A DNA stretch of 64,000 bases from contig OZ024755.1 in NCBI GenBank assembly GCA_964016885.1, forward strand, positions 35,402,001-35,466,000, in the 5' to 3' direction. The stretch's first letter is position 1, and the number at the start of each line of letters is the position of its first letter. Origin of the DNA: Eledone cirrhosa (lineage: Eukaryota). Positions 61,281-64,000 of the stretch are shown piece after piece. The translations under genes and the position numbers were made by a program. The notes beneath the pieces were generated by a model. That model did no database searches and had not been told where the DNA came from. It saw only the letters and a program-made list of their open reading frames with translations.

Positions 61281-62399
61281 AGATTGACTGCTTACTATTA
61301 GACTTGCCTTCTTACAATGATGTAATCACACCTTCAAGTTTCTAACACCTGTTAAAGAGGAGCTATTTACACCTGTTAAAGAGGAGCTATTTACTGCTGA
61401 GTGTATATACTTTCGAGTAAGTTTCTATGTTACCGTATTAGATATTTTATTTACAATTGTATACATTTACAGTTGGATAAATATGTTTTAAATATATATA
61501 TATAAATAACATTACAAATGAGTAATGGAATGGCTCTTCCGGAGCATCTCCATTACCATCATCCAGGGAAACACCTTCTCCATTCTGTCCGCCGGGGCTG
61601 TGGGGCAGCCAGCATGTGGGACCCCATTTGCTCACTACACAGAGAGATGGGGAAGGCGAGAGAGATGGAGGCGATGACGGTGGGAGTTCAGTTCTTCCGT
61701 GTTCGGACACATTGCACCTGTCAAGAGTGTATTTTCATATTTGTGACTACGGATACTGTATGTAAAGCATTGCTGTGCGTTTTTCTCTTTGCTGTCATCC
61801 CATTCTTATCGTTAGTTTGACTGTTCTGTTATGGTGAAAACTGAGTCACTACTATTCAAATTGCTTGTGATTCGGTCAGAAGAACATTGAAAATATAATG
61901 TCGAAACCGTGTATAAAAATCTAATTGTTTCTACTTTTGGCACAAGGCCAGCAATTACCCAGTACATTACTGGTACTTTATTTTATCGACCCCGTAAAAA
62001 TAAAAAGCAAAGTTAACCACGGCGGGATTTGAACTCAGAATGGAAAGGGCCACAACTCTATGCGTCAAAGCATGGCGTCCGACCCTCTACCAATGCTGCC
62101 AATCCACCGCCCTGGGTTGTATAAAAATATAATAATATCATTGTTTCTACTTTAGGCACAAGGCCAGCAATTACCCAGTGCATTACTGGTACTTTATTTT
62201 ATCGACCCCGTAAGGATGAAAAGCAAAGTCAACCTCGGCGGGATTTGAACTCAGATCGTAAAGGGACATAACTATGCTGGAAAGCATGGCGTCCGACCCT
62301 CTACCAATCATTGAACAGTAATGGTAAAGGAAAGAAAAAAGAGGCGGTGGGGCAATTCACCACCAAGTGCGAAAATCAGCCGCACCTCAGACCTTAGGG

Positions 62400-62510
62400 G
62401 TTTACTACAAACTTTGAGGCAAGCCAACATGCTTGCAGCATTACCACAAGTGATGGCAAGACTAAGGTACTGAAATAACCAGGCAGCCTCACGGGCATCA
62501 CCTACATATA
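62400..62510 (-). mobile_element. CRE-like RLE retrotransposon 3' remnant
   Basis: GDAREAAWLFQYLSLAITCGNAASML. Confidence 0.65.
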
Positions 62511-63086
62511 CCATTTTTGTTGTGTGTGATGCACATTTTACAAGAGTAGATGAATAGGAGGTTGAGGTGAGATAAACAGTGGACGCAGCGGGGTAGCTGG
62601 CAGAGTGAGGGAGAGTAAAAGTGAGAGGGAGAAAGGGGAAGAGTTAACAGCAACAAAGTAGCTTGGGAGAAAGAGAGAATAGGTCACAGCAAAAACTTAA
62701 TAAACATTTTGTGAAGAAACAGGGGCTGCGTGGTTGCTGGATAAGGTGGATTTATAAATAAGAGGAAAGCACGAATGGGGGATAATTTCCCTTCATCAGT
62801 TGTTTGCTGGAGATCACGGACATTTCTATGCATTAAAGACAATATGTCTAGTTCCAGCGCATCAATAACTAAAGGAAGTTATAGGGCGAAAAATGAGAGA
62901 GAAAAAATATAACAGAAGGGAAAAAAGAAAGAAAAATGGGCGCTAAATGATGATAATAACAAATATATATATATATATAATTGTTTCTACGTTAGGCACA
63001 AAGCCAGCAATACCCAGTGCATTACTGGTACTTTATTTTATCGACCCCGTAAGGATGAAAGGCAAAGTTAACCTTGGCGGGATTTG

Positions 63087-63282
63087 CACAGCATCTCTCC
63101 ATTTGTCACGGTCCTTCATCATCTCCTCCGTGAGCTTCAACGATCTGAGGTCAGCTCTCACCAACTTCACTCATGTTTTTTGTGGTCTTCCTCTACTGTG
63201 TCTTCCTTCTACTGGGATTTCTTGGCACTTCTTTACCCAGCGGTCATCCTCCATGACCATCACATGTCCATACTATCTCAGT
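63087..63282 (-). mobile_element. RTE LINE 3' fragment
   Basis: Homologous to 2483-2680. Confidence 0.8.
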
Positions 63283-63520
63283 ATCATTACAATATATATA
63301 TATATATATATATATATTGTAATGATACAAATCACAAAGTAATATTTTATATCGTTTATATATATATTTTATTTTCCTCTGCCCTTTTTTCAGTTTTCAT
63401 TATACATTATACATATATATATACACAAATACATAAGTATTTATGTATGCATATCTATGAATACATATGTATGTATATTATATATATGTGTATGCATGTC
63501 TATGTATGCATATGTATGTA

Positions 63521-63561
<41 letters not shown>

Positions 63562-63918
63562 ATGTACATGTATATATATCATCATTTCATTTTACGTCCG
63601 CTTTTTCCCTGCTTGCAAGGGTGGGACGGGAACTGATTCTGGCTTGATTTCTACAGCTGGATGCCCTTCCTAACACCAACCTCATTTACAGTGAGGGCTG
63701 GGTGCTTTTTTGCCGTGGCACCTCCACGACCACTTTACAGTGGAATGATAGGGACCCCAGTCCCTATCATCTCATTTCTACAGCTGAGTAAACTGGAGCA
63801 ATGTGAAATAAAGTGTCTTGCTCAAGGAAACAACACATTACCCGGTCTGAGAATTGAACTCACAATCTTTCGATTGCAAGGCCAATGCTCTAACCACTAA
63901 GCCATATGCCTCCATATG

Positions 63919-63971
<53 letters not shown>

Positions 63972-64000
63972 CACACACACACATGCACACACACAGGGGA

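Overview
AT-rich, microsatellite-dense eukaryotic DNA. The repeat content (RTE LINEs with (GAT)n tails, tRNA-SINEs, (TA)n/(CA)n) suggests a cephalopod/octopus-type genome; this is inference. No host gene can be securely called, and nearly all long ORFs in the track are repeat artefacts. Recognisable parts: two large RTE-clade LINE copies (APE + RT with an inserted PHD finger) and many 3' fragments; about 30 tRNA-derived SINE copies in 2-3 families; CRE-like and R4/Dong-like RLE retrotransposon remnants; piggyBac, hAT and Tc1-type MITEs; a head-to-tail chain of Helitrons; and several TE-born minisatellites (19, 24, 48, 72 and 80 bp units). The most striking signal is more than 20 type-I hammerhead ribozyme motifs (CUGANGA-stemII-GAAA-stemIII-UH). 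They sit in at least 10 sequence-unrelated short non-coding elements that are mostly embedded in (TA)n, are often fold-backs with a ribozyme on each strand, and share a 3' ACTC...TTGAGT hairpin. One copy has a 320-nt tandem period, a 13-bp TSD and a U3-A8 core variant, and so looks like a retrozyme/Penelope-type circular-RNA element. A phase-compatible chain of small minus-strand candidate exons may be the host gene. All motifs were read by eye; nothing was computed.
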